From contig CAYJGO010000001.1 of NCBI GenBank assembly GCA_964369855.1, positions 1-49,486 of the forward strand: DNA of 49,486 nucleotides, in the 5' to 3' direction. The notes beneath the pieces are model-generated. The model searched no databases. It was not told the DNA's origin and worked only from the letters and a program-made list of their open reading frames with translations. Positions 26,327-37,005 of the stretch are shown piece by piece. Origin of the DNA: an uncultured Treponemataceae bacterium (GTDB taxonomy: Bacteria; Spirochaetota; Spirochaetia; Treponematales; Treponemataceae). The translations under genes and the position numbers were made by a program. Each line of letters opens with the position of its first letter. Position 1 is the first letter of the stretch.

Positions 26327-28477
26327 ATGGCACCTGAAAAACAAAAATCCTCTCCCCTTTTTTTTAACAGGGAGCTCTCATGGATTGAATTTAATAATCG
26401 TGTTTTAAAAGAAGCACAAAATAAAAAAACTCCTCTTTTTGAAAGGATACGGTTTCTTTCAATTGTTTCATCAAATTTTGATGAGTTTTTTATGGTGCGT
26501 TTAGCAGGATTGAAAAATCAAGCAGAATTGAATTCAAATTGGAAAGATGATTCTGGTCTAAGTGCTAAAGAGCAAATAGACCAAATTTCTGTGCGAGCGC
26601 ATGAAATTTTTGAAACGCAACATAGATTATTTAATGAAGAAATAATGGCAGCCTTAAAAAAAGAAGGGTTGGTGTATGTAACTCCTCAAGAATTTACGGA
26701 TGAGCAAAAGCACTATGCTGAAAATTTTTTTCGAGAACAAGTGTACCCTTTGCTAACACCATTACGAACAGATGAGGATGAGTTGCCCCCAATCGCCAAT
26801 TTACGAATTCATGTAGCATTTTTATTAAAACCTATTACAAATAATGAACGATTATATAAAACTAAAAAAAACCATGAAGGATCAAGTGTTTTAGCCCTTG
26901 TTCAGGTACCAACTACTGTGGATCGGATTATATGGTTTCCTTCACAATCTGGAGAAAAAAACTTTACTCTCATAGATAATATTATTTCTACATTTGGGAC
27001 TAGTTTATTCTCGGGTTATACGGTTGAAGAAACATTGGTGTTTAAAGTTGTTTGTGATGCAGATTTTGCAGTAAATGAAGAGGTAGAGGATGACTTTATA
27101 CAGGCTATGAAAGATGTTCTTATAGCGCGAAAAAAGGCAATCCCAATTAGACTTACATGCACCTCAACGGGGAGTACTATTAGTCAGCTTCTTATAGAGA
27201 AGACAGGGTTAAAAGCAGAAGATATTTATAGCACCGATACTCCCTTTATTGACTTGAAGAGCTTTAATAGTTTGTGTGATACCGATGGCTATGCACATTT
27301 ATGTTATCCTTCGTGGAAAAATTTCTATCCTTCAGCGATTGAGCAAAAAAAGCCTTTGTGGGATACGCTAAAACAAAAAGATTTATTAATTCATGCACCA
27401 TACGAGTCGTTTGACCCTGTTTTAACTTTAGTTAATGATGCTGCAGAAGATGTAAATGTTATGTCAATAAAGATGACTTTATATAGAACCAGTGGAAACT
27501 CTCCACTGATTAAAAGCTTAATAAAGGCTGCCAGAAATGGAAAACAAGTAACAGTATTTGTAGAGTTAAAGGCACGTTTTGATGAAGAAAGGAACATTTC
27601 GTGGGCACATCAACTTCAGCAAGAAGGAGCTATTGTGTTATATGGATTGGCACATTTAAAGGTCCATGCAAAACTACTCTTAATTGTCAGAAAAGAAAGC
27701 ACAGGAATGGTGAGGTATGTTCATTTAGGAACAGGAAATTATAATGAAAAAACCGCGCGCCTATATGTTGACATGTCTCTTTTTACCACAAACATAGATA
27801 TTGCAAATGATGTTGGAATTTTATTTAATATGATTTCTGGGTATTCCGCTGTCCAAAATTTAAATAGGCTTTTTATTGCACCAATTCAATTAAAGTCACA
27901 AATTATTTCAATGATTGAAAGAGAAATATTGTGTTCAACAAAAGAAAACCCAGGGCTAATTATTGCTAAAATGAATAGTTTAGCACATCCTGATATTATT
28001 AGAGCTTTATATAAGGCAAGCTGCTCTCATGTATCAATACTTCTTAATATTCGGGGTATTTGTATGTTGGTTCCTGGTGTAAAAGAACAAAGTAAGAACA
28101 TTAGAGTTACAAGCATTGTTGACAGATATTTAGAACATACTAGAATTTTTTATTTTCAAAACGGTGGTTCAGAAGAACTTTATTTATCTAGCGCGGACTG
28201 GATGCCTCGCAACCTTGAAAGAAGAATCGAAGTTATGTTTCCGATTCTTGATAAAGATATTGCTCAAGGAATAAAAAAAATACTTAAGGTTTATTTTTCA
28301 GATAATCAAAAATCACATGATTTGAAATCTGATGGCTCTTGGGTAATAAATAAAAATCCCGCAGAACAACCAATTAGAGCCCAGGAAGAGTTTTATAATT
28401 ACTATAAAAAAAATGCCCTTGTTGATAAAAAAAAATCAACAAAGGAGTTTACTGTGCGGCGAAACATTAGCTTATAA
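26327..28477 (+). CDS. ppk: Polyphosphate kinase 1
   Basis: N-terminal FFNRELSWIEFNNRVL and two PLD-like catalytic regions (LKVHAKLLLIVR, RYLEHTRIFYF). 716 aa. Confidence 0.95.
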   Translation: MAPEKQKSSPLFFNRELSWIEFNNRVLKEAQNKKTPLFERIRFLSIVSSNFDEFFMVRLAGLKNQAELNSNWKDDSGLSAKEQIDQISVRAHEIFETQHRLFNEEIMAALKKEGLVYVTPQEFTDEQKHYAENFFREQVYPLLTPLRTDEDELPPIANLRIHVAFLLKPITNNERLYKTKKNHEGSSVLALVQVPTTVDRIIWFPSQSGEKNFTLIDNIISTFGTSLFSGYTVEETLVFKVVCDADFAVNEEVEDDFIQAMKDVLIARKKAIPIRLTCTSTGSTISQLLIEKTGLKAEDIYSTDTPFIDLKSFNSLCDTDGYAHLCYPSWKNFYPSAIEQKKPLWDTLKQKDLLIHAPYESFDPVLTLVNDAAEDVNVMSIKMTLYRTSGNSPLIKSLIKAARNGKQVTVFVELKARFDEERNISWAHQLQQEGAIVLYGLAHLKVHAKLLLIVRKESTGMVRYVHLGTGNYNEKTARLYVDMSLFTTNIDIANDVGILFNMISGYSAVQNLNRLFIAPIQLKSQIISMIEREILCSTKENPGLIIAKMNSLAHPDIIRALYKASCSHVSILLNIRGICMLVPGVKEQSKNIRVTSIVDRYLEHTRIFYFQNGGSEELYLSSADWMPRNLERRIEVMFPILDKDIAQGIKKILKVYFSDNQKSHDLKSDGSWVINKNPAEQPIRAQEEFYNYYKKNALVDKKKSTKEFTVRRNISL

Positions 28478-28481
28478 ATAA

Positions 28482-30374
28482 TTATCGCAGATATACCATT
28501 AACAGCATAATGTCTGAATTGCGAATACCGGAAATACGGCTTGCTTGCCCCAACGTTTTTGGTCTTATTTTTTCAAGTTTTTGTTTAGACTCATTTGATA
28601 GGCTTGCAATAGAGCTGTAGTCAAAATCTTCAGGAATTTTTGCATTTTCCATTTTTTTCATTTTTTCAACTCGTCTATCTTGTTTTTCAACATAGTGCTT
28701 ATATTTGAAGTCAATGGCTGCGGATTCTAAAATTTCTGAAGGGTATTTATCTTGTAACTCAGCAACATACTGATTTTCATCTAAGCCAATTGTTGGGTTC
28801 TTATCAAAAAAAGCGAGAATTTCTTTTTTTAGTAATAATTTTTGTTCAAGTTTATCAATTTGTGCTTGATTCTTTAATCCAATTTTCCAAGCTTTTTTAC
28901 TTAAGCGTTCATCTGCGCTGTCATGGCGTAGTTTTAATCTATACTCAGCTCGGGCGGTAAACATTCTATATGGTTCTTTTGTTCCTAATGTTACGAGGTC
29001 ATCAATTAGCACCCCAATATATGCTTCTTCTCGTCCTAAAATAAGGCTTTCATACTCTGGAACATCATGCAGTCTGTCAATATGGCCTGCTTCATTATGG
29101 TTTTTGGTGTTAGTAAAGTCACCGCAAAGAACTTTATGTTCTTTAGAATATAAACTTGCATTAATACCAGCCATTAACCCCTGCCCTGCCGCCTCTTCAT
29201 ACCCTGACGTGCCATTAATTTGGCCAGCTGTGAATAGTCCTACGACTTTTTTTGTTTCTAAGCTAGCAAAAAGCTCAGTTGGGTCAATATAATCGTATTC
29301 TACTGCATAACCTGGTCGTGAAATAATAGCATTTTTAAAAGGATCCATTGTTCTCAAAAAGCTATCTTGTACATCTTCCGGTAGAGAAGAAGAAAATCCA
29401 TTGAGGTACATTTCCTCTGTGAAAAGACTTTCAGGTTCTAAAAATAATTGGTGCCTGTCTCGCTGAGAGAAGCGCATTACTTTATCTTCAATTGATGGGC
29501 AGTAGCGAGGACCTACGCCACTTATTTTTCCCGAAAAAAGAGGAGAAAGATCTATGTTTTCTCTGATTACTTCATGAGTTTTTTCGTTGGTATATGCAAG
29601 ATAGCAGGGAACCATTGGTCTATCAATTGATTCTGTATCAAAAGAAAAAGGGATAATTTTTTCATCACCATGTTGAACTTCAAGGCAAGTAAAATCTATG
29701 CTAGGGCGCAGGATTCGAGGGGGTGTTCCTGTTTTTAACCGTCCCATAGAAAAGCCTACGTTTTTCAAACTCTCAGTTAGCCCAAAGGCTGCTTGCTCTC
29801 CGAGTCTGCCACATGCTTCATCATAAGGGCCAATGAAAATTTTTCCGCCTAAAAAAGTGCCAGTAGTTAATACAGCTGTTCTTGTAGGAATTCTCCGTCC
29901 TCTTGAAGTAATTAAGGCCACAATCTTTTTTTCTCTATTATCTTTTGTTTTACAAGAAACGGTTTCAATGTCAACAACTGTGTCTTGGAGCATAAAAATA
30001 TTTTCTTGAGACTCCAGTGTTTTTCTTGCGAGTTCGGCATATAAAATTTTATCAGCTTGGCTACGGGGAGCTTGCACTGCAGGGCCCTTGCTTTTATTTA
30101 GAAGCCTAAATTGTAGCATTGACTTATCTATAAGCCGGCCCATTTCTCCGCCTAAAGCATCAATTTCGCGAACAATATTACCTTTTGCAATTCCACCAAT
30201 GGATGGGTTGCATGAAAGTTTACAAATTGAATCTATCGATTGAGTAACTACGAGAGTTTTGTTACCTGTCCTTGCCAAGGCAAGTGCAGCTTCAAGTCCT
30301 GCGTGGCCAGCACCAACAACAATGGCATCAAAAGAGTCGTGATAACCTAAGTGGGTATGTGTCTTTTTATTCAT
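28482..30374 (-). CDS. mnmG: tRNA uridine 5-carboxymethylaminomethyl modification enzyme MnmG (GidA)
   Basis: [21 protein letters not shown] motif, [11 protein letters not shown] and [19 protein letters not shown]. 630 aa. Confidence 0.95.
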   Translation of the reverse strand: MNKKTHTHLGYHDSFDAIVVGAGHAGLEAALALARTGNKTLVVTQSIDSICKLSCNPSIGGIAKGNIVREIDALGGEMGRLIDKSMLQFRLLNKSKGPAVQAPRSQADKILYAELARKTLESQENIFMLQDTVVDIETVSCKTKDNREKKIVALITSRGRRIPTRTAVLTTGTFLGGKIFIGPYDEACGRLGEQAAFGLTESLKNVGFSMGRLKTGTPPRILRPSIDFTCLEVQHGDEKIIPFSFDTESIDRPMVPCYLAYTNEKTHEVIRENIDLSPLFSGKISGVGPRYCPSIEDKVMRFSQRDRHQLFLEPESLFTEEMYLNGFSSSLPEDVQDSFLRTMDPFKNAIISRPGYAVEYDYIDPTELFASLETKKVVGLFTAGQINGTSGYEEAAGQGLMAGINASLYSKEHKVLCGDFTNTKNHNEAGHIDRLHDVPEYESLILGREEAYIGVLIDDLVTLGTKEPYRMFTARAEYRLKLRHDSADERLSKKAWKIGLKNQAQIDKLEQKLLLKKEILAFFDKNPTIGLDENQYVAELQDKYPSEILESAAIDFKYKHYVEKQDRRVEKMKKMENAKIPEDFDYSSIASLSNESKQKLEKIRPKTLGQASRISGIRNSDIMLLMVYLR

Positions 30375-31288
30375 AGTTCATCCAGTACAAAGTTATATGG
30401 TGTTTCTTGGTAAACATAGTTAATCCAATTATAAAAAAATAAATTTGCATTGCTACGCCAAGTTGAAAGAGGTTTTGTTGAAGGATCATTTTTTGTAAAG
30501 TAGTTTACGGGCATATCAACAGGAAGCCCGCGTTCTATATCGCGTTGGTACTCAGTAGCGAGCGTTTCGGCATCATACTCTAAGTGACCTGTTATAAAAA
30601 CCTCTCTGTGATTATCAGATTTTACGAGCAACACTCCTGCCTCTTCAGAATCTGCTAATATTTGTAAATTTTCTATTTTTTGTATATCACTTTGTTTTAC
30701 TTCAGTGTGCCGAGACTGAGGGGCTTTAAAAATATCATCAAAACCACGTAGGAGGGGGTCATTAGAAGTGCATTTTTTGTGATCGAAAACACCAAATATT
30801 TTTTTTTCTAAGATGTACTTGGGAACTCCATAATTATAATATAATCCAGCCTGAGCTCCCCAGCAAATATAAAGTGTTGAAAAAACATTCTTTTTTGAAT
30901 AGTCCATAATTGCTTTTAGCTCATCCCAGTAGTCAACGTCTTCAAAAGGTATTTGTTCAACTGGAGCTCCCGTAATAATTAATCCATCAAATCTCTGATG
31001 CAATATTTCCTTGGAAGAAATATAAAATTTTTGTAAGTGTTCTTCCTTTGTGTTTTTAGTAGTGTGAGACTCCATATGGACAAGGAAAATTTCAATTTGT
31101 AAGGGTGTGTTTCCTAATAATCGTAACAGTTGAGTTTCTGTGGCAACCTTTGTTGGCATCAAGTTTACAATTGCAATTTTAAGAGGTCGAATATCTTGGT
31201 GTGTTGCTCTTTCATCGGTCATAACAAAGATATTCTCTGCTTCTAATATTTCCCGAGCGGGCAAATCTGATTGAATTTTAATAGGCAT
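30371..31288 (-). CDS. metA: Homoserine O-acyltransferase MetA
   Basis: Canonical N-terminus [23 protein letters not shown], then [10 protein letters not shown] and ICWGAQAG. Shares an ATGA overlap with mnmG. Confidence 0.9.
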   Translation of the reverse strand: MPIKIQSDLPAREILEAENIFVMTDERATHQDIRPLKIAIVNLMPTKVATETQLLRLLGNTPLQIEIFLVHMESHTTKNTKEEHLQKFYISSKEILHQRFDGLIITGAPVEQIPFEDVDYWDELKAIMDYSKKNVFSTLYICWGAQAGLYYNYGVPKYILEKKIFGVFDHKKCTSNDPLLRGFDDIFKAPQSRHTEVKQSDIQKIENLQILADSEEAGVLLVKSDNHREVFITGHLEYDAETLATEYQRDIERGLPVDMPVNYFTKNDPSTKPLSTWRSNANLFFYNWINYVYQETPYNFVLDEL

Positions 31289-31297
31289 AACTCAAAC

Positions 31298-31306
31298 ACT
31301 ATAGCA
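31298..31306 (-). promoter_or_regulatory. Extended -10 element TGCTATAGT, 9 nt upstream of the metA ATG
   Basis: The minus strand reads TGCTATAGT, then GTTTGAGTT, then ATG (31288). No SD. Confidence 0.45.
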
Positions 31307-31321
31307 CATTTTGCTGTTTTT

Positions 31322-31330
31322 TGCTATACT
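31322..31330 (+). promoter_or_regulatory. Extended -10 element TGCTATACT, 6 nt upstream of ATG 31337
   Basis: TGCTATACT, then TTTTAA, then ATG. No SD. Confidence 0.45.
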
Positions 31331-31336
31331 TTTTAA

Positions 31337-32236
31337 ATGAAAACTAGAGAAACAAAGCTTGCATTAAAAAAACTTAAAACCTTAGTTGCAACACCTTTGG
31401 TTGATATTGAAAAATTTAGGAACGATATAGAAAAAACTTTTGCATGTCCGATATTACCAAATAGAGTTGAGTTGAAGCATGAAATCATTAACTCAATTGA
31501 ATGTGAGGTATTATCTCCAGAGGTGAGTTCAACCTCACAAGTTTTGGTATATGTGCATGGAGGCTCTTTTATTGGGGGTTCGCCGAGTGCTTGGAGAGGT
31601 TTTTGTGCTTCAATTGCCCATGCTGCTTGCGCAAAAGTAATTGTCCCAAAATATAAACTAGCACCACAGCACCCTTACCCGTCCGGTTTTGATGATATAA
31701 AAGAAATTATCAAAAAGCTTTATTCTGAATCAAAAAATATTATTTTATTAGCTGATGGTTCTGGGGCGAGTATTGCACTTGGTGTTATACTAAAAATAAA
31801 AGGAGCCTTTAGAAAAAAAATAAAGGGTATTGTTTTATTTTCCCCTTGGTTAAATATATCAGAAGAACTAGAGCACTCAACAGAAATAAAGCCTCTCAAG
31901 GATAAGATTCTTAGTGAGGCCTCTTTGCGTTGGTGTGCTGAACTCTACACTTATTCAGAAAACTTTAAGAGCCCCTTTGTTTCGCCAGTGTTTGCAGATC
32001 AAGAAACGCTAGAAAATTTTCCTCCATTGTATATTCAGCTTGCAAAAGGGGAGTTAATCGAAGCTGATGTTGCATATTTTCAAGGAAGGTTAAGAAAATT
32101 TGGAATTCCTTGCGATGTTGAAATATGGAAGGACATGATGCATATGTTTCAAAGGGCAGATGAATATTTAGAAGAAGCTCATTTAGCAATTGAAAAAGTA
32201 GGTAAGTTTATTCGAGAAAGAGAGGATGCTGTATAA
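31337..32236 (+). CDS. Alpha/beta-hydrolase (esterase/lipase, HSL-like)
   Basis: VYVHGGSF oxyanion-hole motif, a nucleophile-elbow-like LADGSGASIALG, and C-terminal DVEIW..MMHMF. Confidence 0.65.
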   Translation: MKTRETKLALKKLKTLVATPLVDIEKFRNDIEKTFACPILPNRVELKHEIINSIECEVLSPEVSSTSQVLVYVHGGSFIGGSPSAWRGFCASIAHAACAKVIVPKYKLAPQHPYPSGFDDIKEIIKKLYSESKNIILLADGSGASIALGVILKIKGAFRKKIKGIVLFSPWLNISEELEHSTEIKPLKDKILSEASLRWCAELYTYSENFKSPFVSPVFADQETLENFPPLYIQLAKGELIEADVAYFQGRLRKFGIPCDVEIWKDMMHMFQRADEYLEEAHLAIEKVGKFIREREDAV

Positions 32237-33673
32237 ATGGAATTAGTGTGTCCGGCAGGAAATATAGAAAAATTAAAATATGCTTATGCATATGGTGCAG
32301 ATGCTGCATATATTGGGCTTAAAAATTTTTCTTTACGAGTTAAAGCAGATAATTTTCATGATGAAGAATATAAACTAATAAAAGAGTTAAAAGATCAATA
32401 TAAAAACAAACTGCTGTTTTGTGCAATGAATATAACTTTTCATAATAAAGATATTGATTCTTTTCTCGGTGAAATTGATTATTTTAAACAATACCCCTTT
32501 GATGCTTTTATCATTCAAGACATAGGCATGCTAAATCTTGTTCAAAAACATTTTCCACAAGCAAGAGTGCATTTAAGTACACAAGCAAATTGTATAAATA
32601 GAGAAGCGGTGAAAATGTATAAGTCTCTTGGGTTCAATCGTATAGTTGTTGGGAGAGAAGCTTCATTAGATGAAATTCGCGAAATTAAAGATGCTGTGCC
32701 TGAAATGGAAATTGAAGCATTTGGGCATGGGGCTATGTGTATAGCGTACTCTGGACGCTGCCTTATGAGTGCTTATATGAGTGGGAGAAGTGCAAATGCA
32801 GGGGCGTGCTCTCATTCTTGCCGGTGGGACTTTAATATAAAACAAGATATTAAAGAACTTGCACAAAGTGGAACACTTGTGCTTGAAGAAAAAAAACGTC
32901 CTGGTGAATCTTTTCCGGTATTTGAGGGAGAAAATTTTACAGCCTTGCTTTCGTCTAAAGATCTTTGTATGATTGATTACCTTAGTGAGTTTAAAAATGC
33001 TGGGGTAGATTCATTAAAAGTTGAGGGAAGAATGAAAAGCCTTTACTATGTTGCATTAACAGCGCGTGCTTATAGAAAGGCAATTGATGCAAAAGAGCAA
33101 GTTATTTCAGAAGAAGACGCAAAACCGTTTATATCTGAATTGTTCAAACTTCAACACAGAGCTTTTGGGACAGGTTTTTATTTTGGGACAGAAGATGCAA
33201 ATGAAACAACTTCTGGAGAGTCTCGTGGGGAATATGAAATGGCAGGGACTATTGGAAAAGCATTAAGTCCCTCAGAGACAGTAAAAGTAATTGAAAATGG
33301 AATACAGACTGTAGAGGATTTTTTTCAAAAATTTAATTCGTTACATCCTGATGCAAAAAAGGCGAGAGAAATAGATTTAGAAAAGCATCCTGAAAAAAAA
33401 CCTACGTGTGTACAAAGTCAAGAAGGCTGGAAGCTTTACTGCTTTAATGCAATGAACAAAATTGAGGTGGGTACACCATTTGAATTAATTGGGCCAAACA
33501 CTGTTAGCATTTTATTAAAAAAAGAAGACTTTAGTTTTATCAATCCAGAGGATGGTACAATAATGCAATGGGTAAGCCATGGACATGACTGTCTTTTATA
33601 TACACACTTACATATTGATGAGGAGTGGATAATGAGAATGAAAACGGACAAAGTAAGAACTGCTAATAGGTAG
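32237..33673 (+). CDS. Peptidase-U32-family protein, likely a 4Fe-4S hydroxylase of the TrhP/RlhA/UbiU type rather than a protease
   Basis: N-terminal ELVCPAGN. Cys motif C-x6-C-x15-C-x3-C in CIAYSGRCLMSAYMSGRSANAGACSHSC, and KVEGRMK. The start codon directly abuts the upstream stop. Confidence 0.85.
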   Translation: MELVCPAGNIEKLKYAYAYGADAAYIGLKNFSLRVKADNFHDEEYKLIKELKDQYKNKLLFCAMNITFHNKDIDSFLGEIDYFKQYPFDAFIIQDIGMLNLVQKHFPQARVHLSTQANCINREAVKMYKSLGFNRIVVGREASLDEIREIKDAVPEMEIEAFGHGAMCIAYSGRCLMSAYMSGRSANAGACSHSCRWDFNIKQDIKELAQSGTLVLEEKKRPGESFPVFEGENFTALLSSKDLCMIDYLSEFKNAGVDSLKVEGRMKSLYYVALTARAYRKAIDAKEQVISEEDAKPFISELFKLQHRAFGTGFYFGTEDANETTSGESRGEYEMAGTIGKALSPSETVKVIENGIQTVEDFFQKFNSLHPDAKKAREIDLEKHPEKKPTCVQSQEGWKLYCFNAMNKIEVGTPFELIGPNTVSILLKKEDFSFINPEDGTIMQWVSHGHDCLLYTHLHIDEEWIMRMKTDKVRTANR

Positions 33674-33688
33674 TAAAGAGGAGCTAAA

Positions 33689-34618
33689 ATGAATATAGGA
33701 ATTTTATGGGATATAGAAAATGTAACACCCCCTGTTGGAATGCATTATGTGCAGATGATACGAGATTCAATTTCTGAAGAGGGTAATATAAATTATGCCA
33801 TGGCTTTTGGAAACTGGCATGAAAAAAATATCTCTGAAATTGCAAAAGAGCTTGCGGATAATAGCTTTGAGCTTTTACACATTCCTTCAACTGGTAAAGA
33901 TAGCTCTGATATGGCAATGGTGGCTCGTGGTGTAGAATTAATTTTTCAATATCCCCATATTGAAAAATTTGTTATAATAACTGGTGATGCTGATTTTAGG
34001 CCGTTGCTACAAAGTCTTCGCAAATATGGAAAAAAAACACTTGTAATATGTGATGTAACAAGGAATGCATCTGAAGATCTTCTTAGAATGGCAGATGATT
34101 TTAAGGACTACAGGGATATTATTGATGCAACAGATTCTGCAGACAACAATGAAGAAGAAATTGCTATTGGAAAAAAACTTACAAAAGAGCAAAGTTTTGA
34201 GTTATTAGAAGATGTTGTTGGAGTTATGCTTGATGAAGGAAAAGAACCGTTCTTGGGTGCTGTAAAAATTAGAATGAAATTATTAAACTCTTTTTTCAAT
34301 GAAAAACAATTAGGGTATAGAACATGGAAAGCTTTTGTTAATGATGCGATAAAGACCCGTGCAGTACAATATTCACCTGAAGAGCATAATAAATTGCAGT
34401 TAGTAGCAGAGACACAAAAAAGACTTCCGAAAGAGTTCAAAGAGCTTTTGTCGATTTTGAATGGAGATGAGTGGAAGCCTTTTACAGAGGCAGCTAAAAA
34501 TATAAACTATAAAGAGTATGGATACACACGTTTTAAGAAATTGGCTCTAGATGCAGAAAAACGAGGGCTAGTAATATTAAAAAATAAAGGGTTACTTTGG
34601 TACCTAAAACGAGGATAA
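33689..34618 (+). CDS. NYN (LabA-like PIN-fold) nuclease domain fused to two OST-HTH/LOTUS-like domains
   Basis: IGILWDIENV ... VIITGDADFRPLLQSLRKYGKKTLVI is the NYN/LabA signature. The C-terminal ~150 aa consist of two helical modules of the OST-HTH type. SD AGAGGAG. Confidence 0.7.
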   Translation: MNIGILWDIENVTPPVGMHYVQMIRDSISEEGNINYAMAFGNWHEKNISEIAKELADNSFELLHIPSTGKDSSDMAMVARGVELIFQYPHIEKFVIITGDADFRPLLQSLRKYGKKTLVICDVTRNASEDLLRMADDFKDYRDIIDATDSADNNEEEIAIGKKLTKEQSFELLEDVVGVMLDEGKEPFLGAVKIRMKLLNSFFNEKQLGYRTWKAFVNDAIKTRAVQYSPEEHNKLQLVAETQKRLPKEFKELLSILNGDEWKPFTEAAKNINYKEYGYTRFKKLALDAEKRGLVILKNKGLLWYLKRG

Positions 34619-34628
34619 GGAAATAAAA

Positions 34629-35306
34629 ATGAATGATTTTTCTTGGGACATTATTGAAGGCGCAATTTTTGATCTTGATGGTACGCTTGTAGATTCAATG
34701 CAAGAGTGGCAAAACATGGGATATACATATATAAAATTGAAAAACCTTGAGCCTGAAGAAAAACTTAATGAAAAATTATATCCCCTTACTATTATTCAAA
34801 CTGCAGAATATCTAAATACAGCATATGGGCTAAATTTGGATAAGGAGACTATAATTCGAGAATGCAATGGGGTTATGGAGGCTGCATATAATAATATAAT
34901 ACCATTAAAACCATTTGTAAAAGAATTTTTATTACTATTAAAAACAAAAAACATACCTATGTATGTGGCTACAGCAACCGATAGACATTTAGTTGAAATT
35001 GCATTAGAGCGTCATGGGATAGAATCTTTTTTTCAAGGAATTGTAACATCAACAGAGGCGGGAAGCGCTAAAGCAGAATCAGCAGCAATCTTTGATATCG
35101 CAAGAAAAAACTTAGGGACAAGTCTTGGTAAAACCATTGTTTTTGAAGATTCTTACCATGCAATAAAAACTGCAGTGGCAGCAGGGTATCCAATTGCAGC
35201 TTTGTATGACCTTGCAGCAGAAAAGGACTTAAACGAAATCAAAAAAATTTCACATTGGTACTCAGATTCATTTGAAAGCTATGTAAAATCCTTGTCTTTT
35301 AGCTAA
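34629..35306 (+). CDS. HAD-superfamily hydrolase (beta-phosphoglucomutase-like subfamily)
   Basis: Motif I IFDLDGTLVDS, motif II VATAT, and motif IV FEDSYHAI. Confidence 0.8.
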   Translation: MNDFSWDIIEGAIFDLDGTLVDSMQEWQNMGYTYIKLKNLEPEEKLNEKLYPLTIIQTAEYLNTAYGLNLDKETIIRECNGVMEAAYNNIIPLKPFVKEFLLLLKTKNIPMYVATATDRHLVEIALERHGIESFFQGIVTSTEAGSAKAESAAIFDIARKNLGTSLGKTIVFEDSYHAIKTAVAAGYPIAALYDLAAEKDLNEIKKISHWYSDSFESYVKSLSFS

Positions 35307-35319
35307 TATATCTTTATTA

Positions 35320-37005
35320 TTAAAATAATCCAGATATATTACCATCATCATCTACATCTATCGAGCATGCTGATGGTATTTTTGGCAGGCCGGGCATAGT
35401 CATAATATCCCCCGCTAGAACAACCATGAAGCCTGCTCCAGAAAAAAGTTGAACATCGCGAACTGGGAAAGAGTAATCTTTTGGCGCCCCTACCCAAGAT
35501 TTAACATGGCTAATTGAGTTTTGTGTTTTTGCAATACATATAGGAAGGTTATTATATCCTGCTTGTGAATATTCTTCTAATTTTCTTAAAGCGATAGGCG
35601 AAAATTCTACAGAATTAGCTCTGTATATTTTTTTTGCTAACGATTCTATTTTTTCAGCATAGCTTAAGTCTAGAGGGTATAAGGGCTTGAAATTCTGTTG
35701 TTTAAGATCGATCAGGGAGCAAACAGCCTTTGCTAAATCTGTAGTACCTTTTCCGCCTTTTTCCCAACCATCGCTTAAAATACATTTAACATTTATTTTC
35801 TGACAAAGATCTATTAAGACATCAATTTCTGCTTGTGTATCTAATGAAAATTTATTTAAAGCGACGATAGAGGGTACTCCAAATTGAGAAATGTTTTCAA
35901 GGTGAGTTCTTAAGTTTTCAAAGCCTTTAATAACAGCAGGGACATCTTCTTTTGATAATTCGTCCTTATCAATACCGCCGTGCATTTTTAATGCTCGTAT
36001 TGTGGCAACAACAACAATTGCACTTGGTTCAATGCCTGCACTGCGGCATTTGATGTCCATAAATTTTTCAGCACCTAAATCCGCTGCAAAACCTGCCTCC
36101 GTTACAACATAATCACCAAGAGCGAGAGCACTTAATGTGGCATTGATACTATTGCAACCATGGGCAATATTAGCAAAAGGCCCCCCATGTACAAAGGCTG
36201 GTGTTTTTTCTAATGTTTGAACTAAATTTGGGCGGATAGCATCTTTTAATAAAGCAGCTATAGCACCAGAAATACCTAAATCACCAAGCAAAACAAATTT
36301 CTTAGCATAGGTTTTTGCTATGGTTATTGCGCTTATTCGGTCTTTTAATTCTTTTATAGTTTTTGAAAGGCATACAATTGCCATAATTTCACTAGCAACT
36401 GCAATAGAAAAATGGTCTTCTCGTGTTATTCCATCAGCTTTTTCGCCAAGGCCTATGATAATATTTCTTAAAACCCTATCATTTAAATCAACACATCTTT
36501 TCCATGTTATCGTTTTGGGGTCTATCCCTAGATCATTTCCTTGTTGTATATGATTATCGATTAGGGCTGCAATAAGGTTGTTTGCAATAGAGATAGCATG
36601 AATATCTCCTGTAAAGTGAAGGTTTATATCCTCCATTGGAACAATTTGTGAATAGCCGCCTCCACACGCACCACCTTTTATTCCAAAACACGGTCCTAAA
36701 GAAGGTTCTCTTAGGGCAATGACTGCATTTTTGCCTATTTGACGAAGTCCATCACCTAAACCGACCGTTACCGTCGATTTACCTTCACCAGCAGGTGTCG
36801 GTGTTATTGCTGTTACCAGGATAAGTTTTCCTTGTGTATCTTTTGGAGCACTTTGAAGCTTTCTTAATGTTTTGAGGGATATTTTTGATTTATATGTTCC
36901 ATATAAATCAATTTCATCTTCAGTTAAAGAAATAGAATTTGCAATATCAATGATTGGAAGCATTGTGTTTTTTTGGGCTATTTCAATGTCAGTTAGTCTC
37001 TCCAT
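35320..37005 (-). CDS. fhs: Formate--tetrahydrofolate ligase
   Basis: TPTPAGEGKSTVTVGL P-loop and 561 aa from ATG 37005 (MERLTDIEIAQ...). The longer ORF-track form to 37119 lies inside the upstream gene. Overlaps that gene by 17 nt. Confidence 0.95.
   Translation of the reverse strand: MERLTDIEIAQKNTMLPIIDIANSISLTEDEIDLYGTYKSKISLKTLRKLQSAPKDTQGKLILVTAITPTPAGEGKSTVTVGLGDGLRQIGKNAVIALREPSLGPCFGIKGGACGGGYSQIVPMEDINLHFTGDIHAISIANNLIAALIDNHIQQGNDLGIDPKTITWKRCVDLNDRVLRNIIIGLGEKADGITREDHFSIAVASEIMAIVCLSKTIKELKDRISAITIAKTYAKKFVLLGDLGISGAIAALLKDAIRPNLVQTLEKTPAFVHGGPFANIAHGCNSINATLSALALGDYVVTEAGFAADLGAEKFMDIKCRSAGIEPSAIVVVATIRALKMHGGIDKDELSKEDVPAVIKGFENLRTHLENISQFGVPSIVALNKFSLDTQAEIDVLIDLCQKINVKCILSDGWEKGGKGTTDLAKAVCSLIDLKQQNFKPLYPLDLSYAEKIESLAKKIYRANSVEFSPIALRKLEEYSQAGYNNLPICIAKTQNSISHVKSWVGAPKDYSFPVRDVQLFSGAGFMVVLAGDIMTMPGLPKIPSACSIDVDDDGNISGLF

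Noticed and set aside
14230-30374. Presence of mnmE and mnmG (gidA), genes often found near oriC, as support for an origin in this window.
   Set aside because: The two genes are 13 kb apart, sit in unrelated operons, and are not next to dnaA, dnaN, rpmH, rnpA or parAB. They give no positional evidence for an origin.
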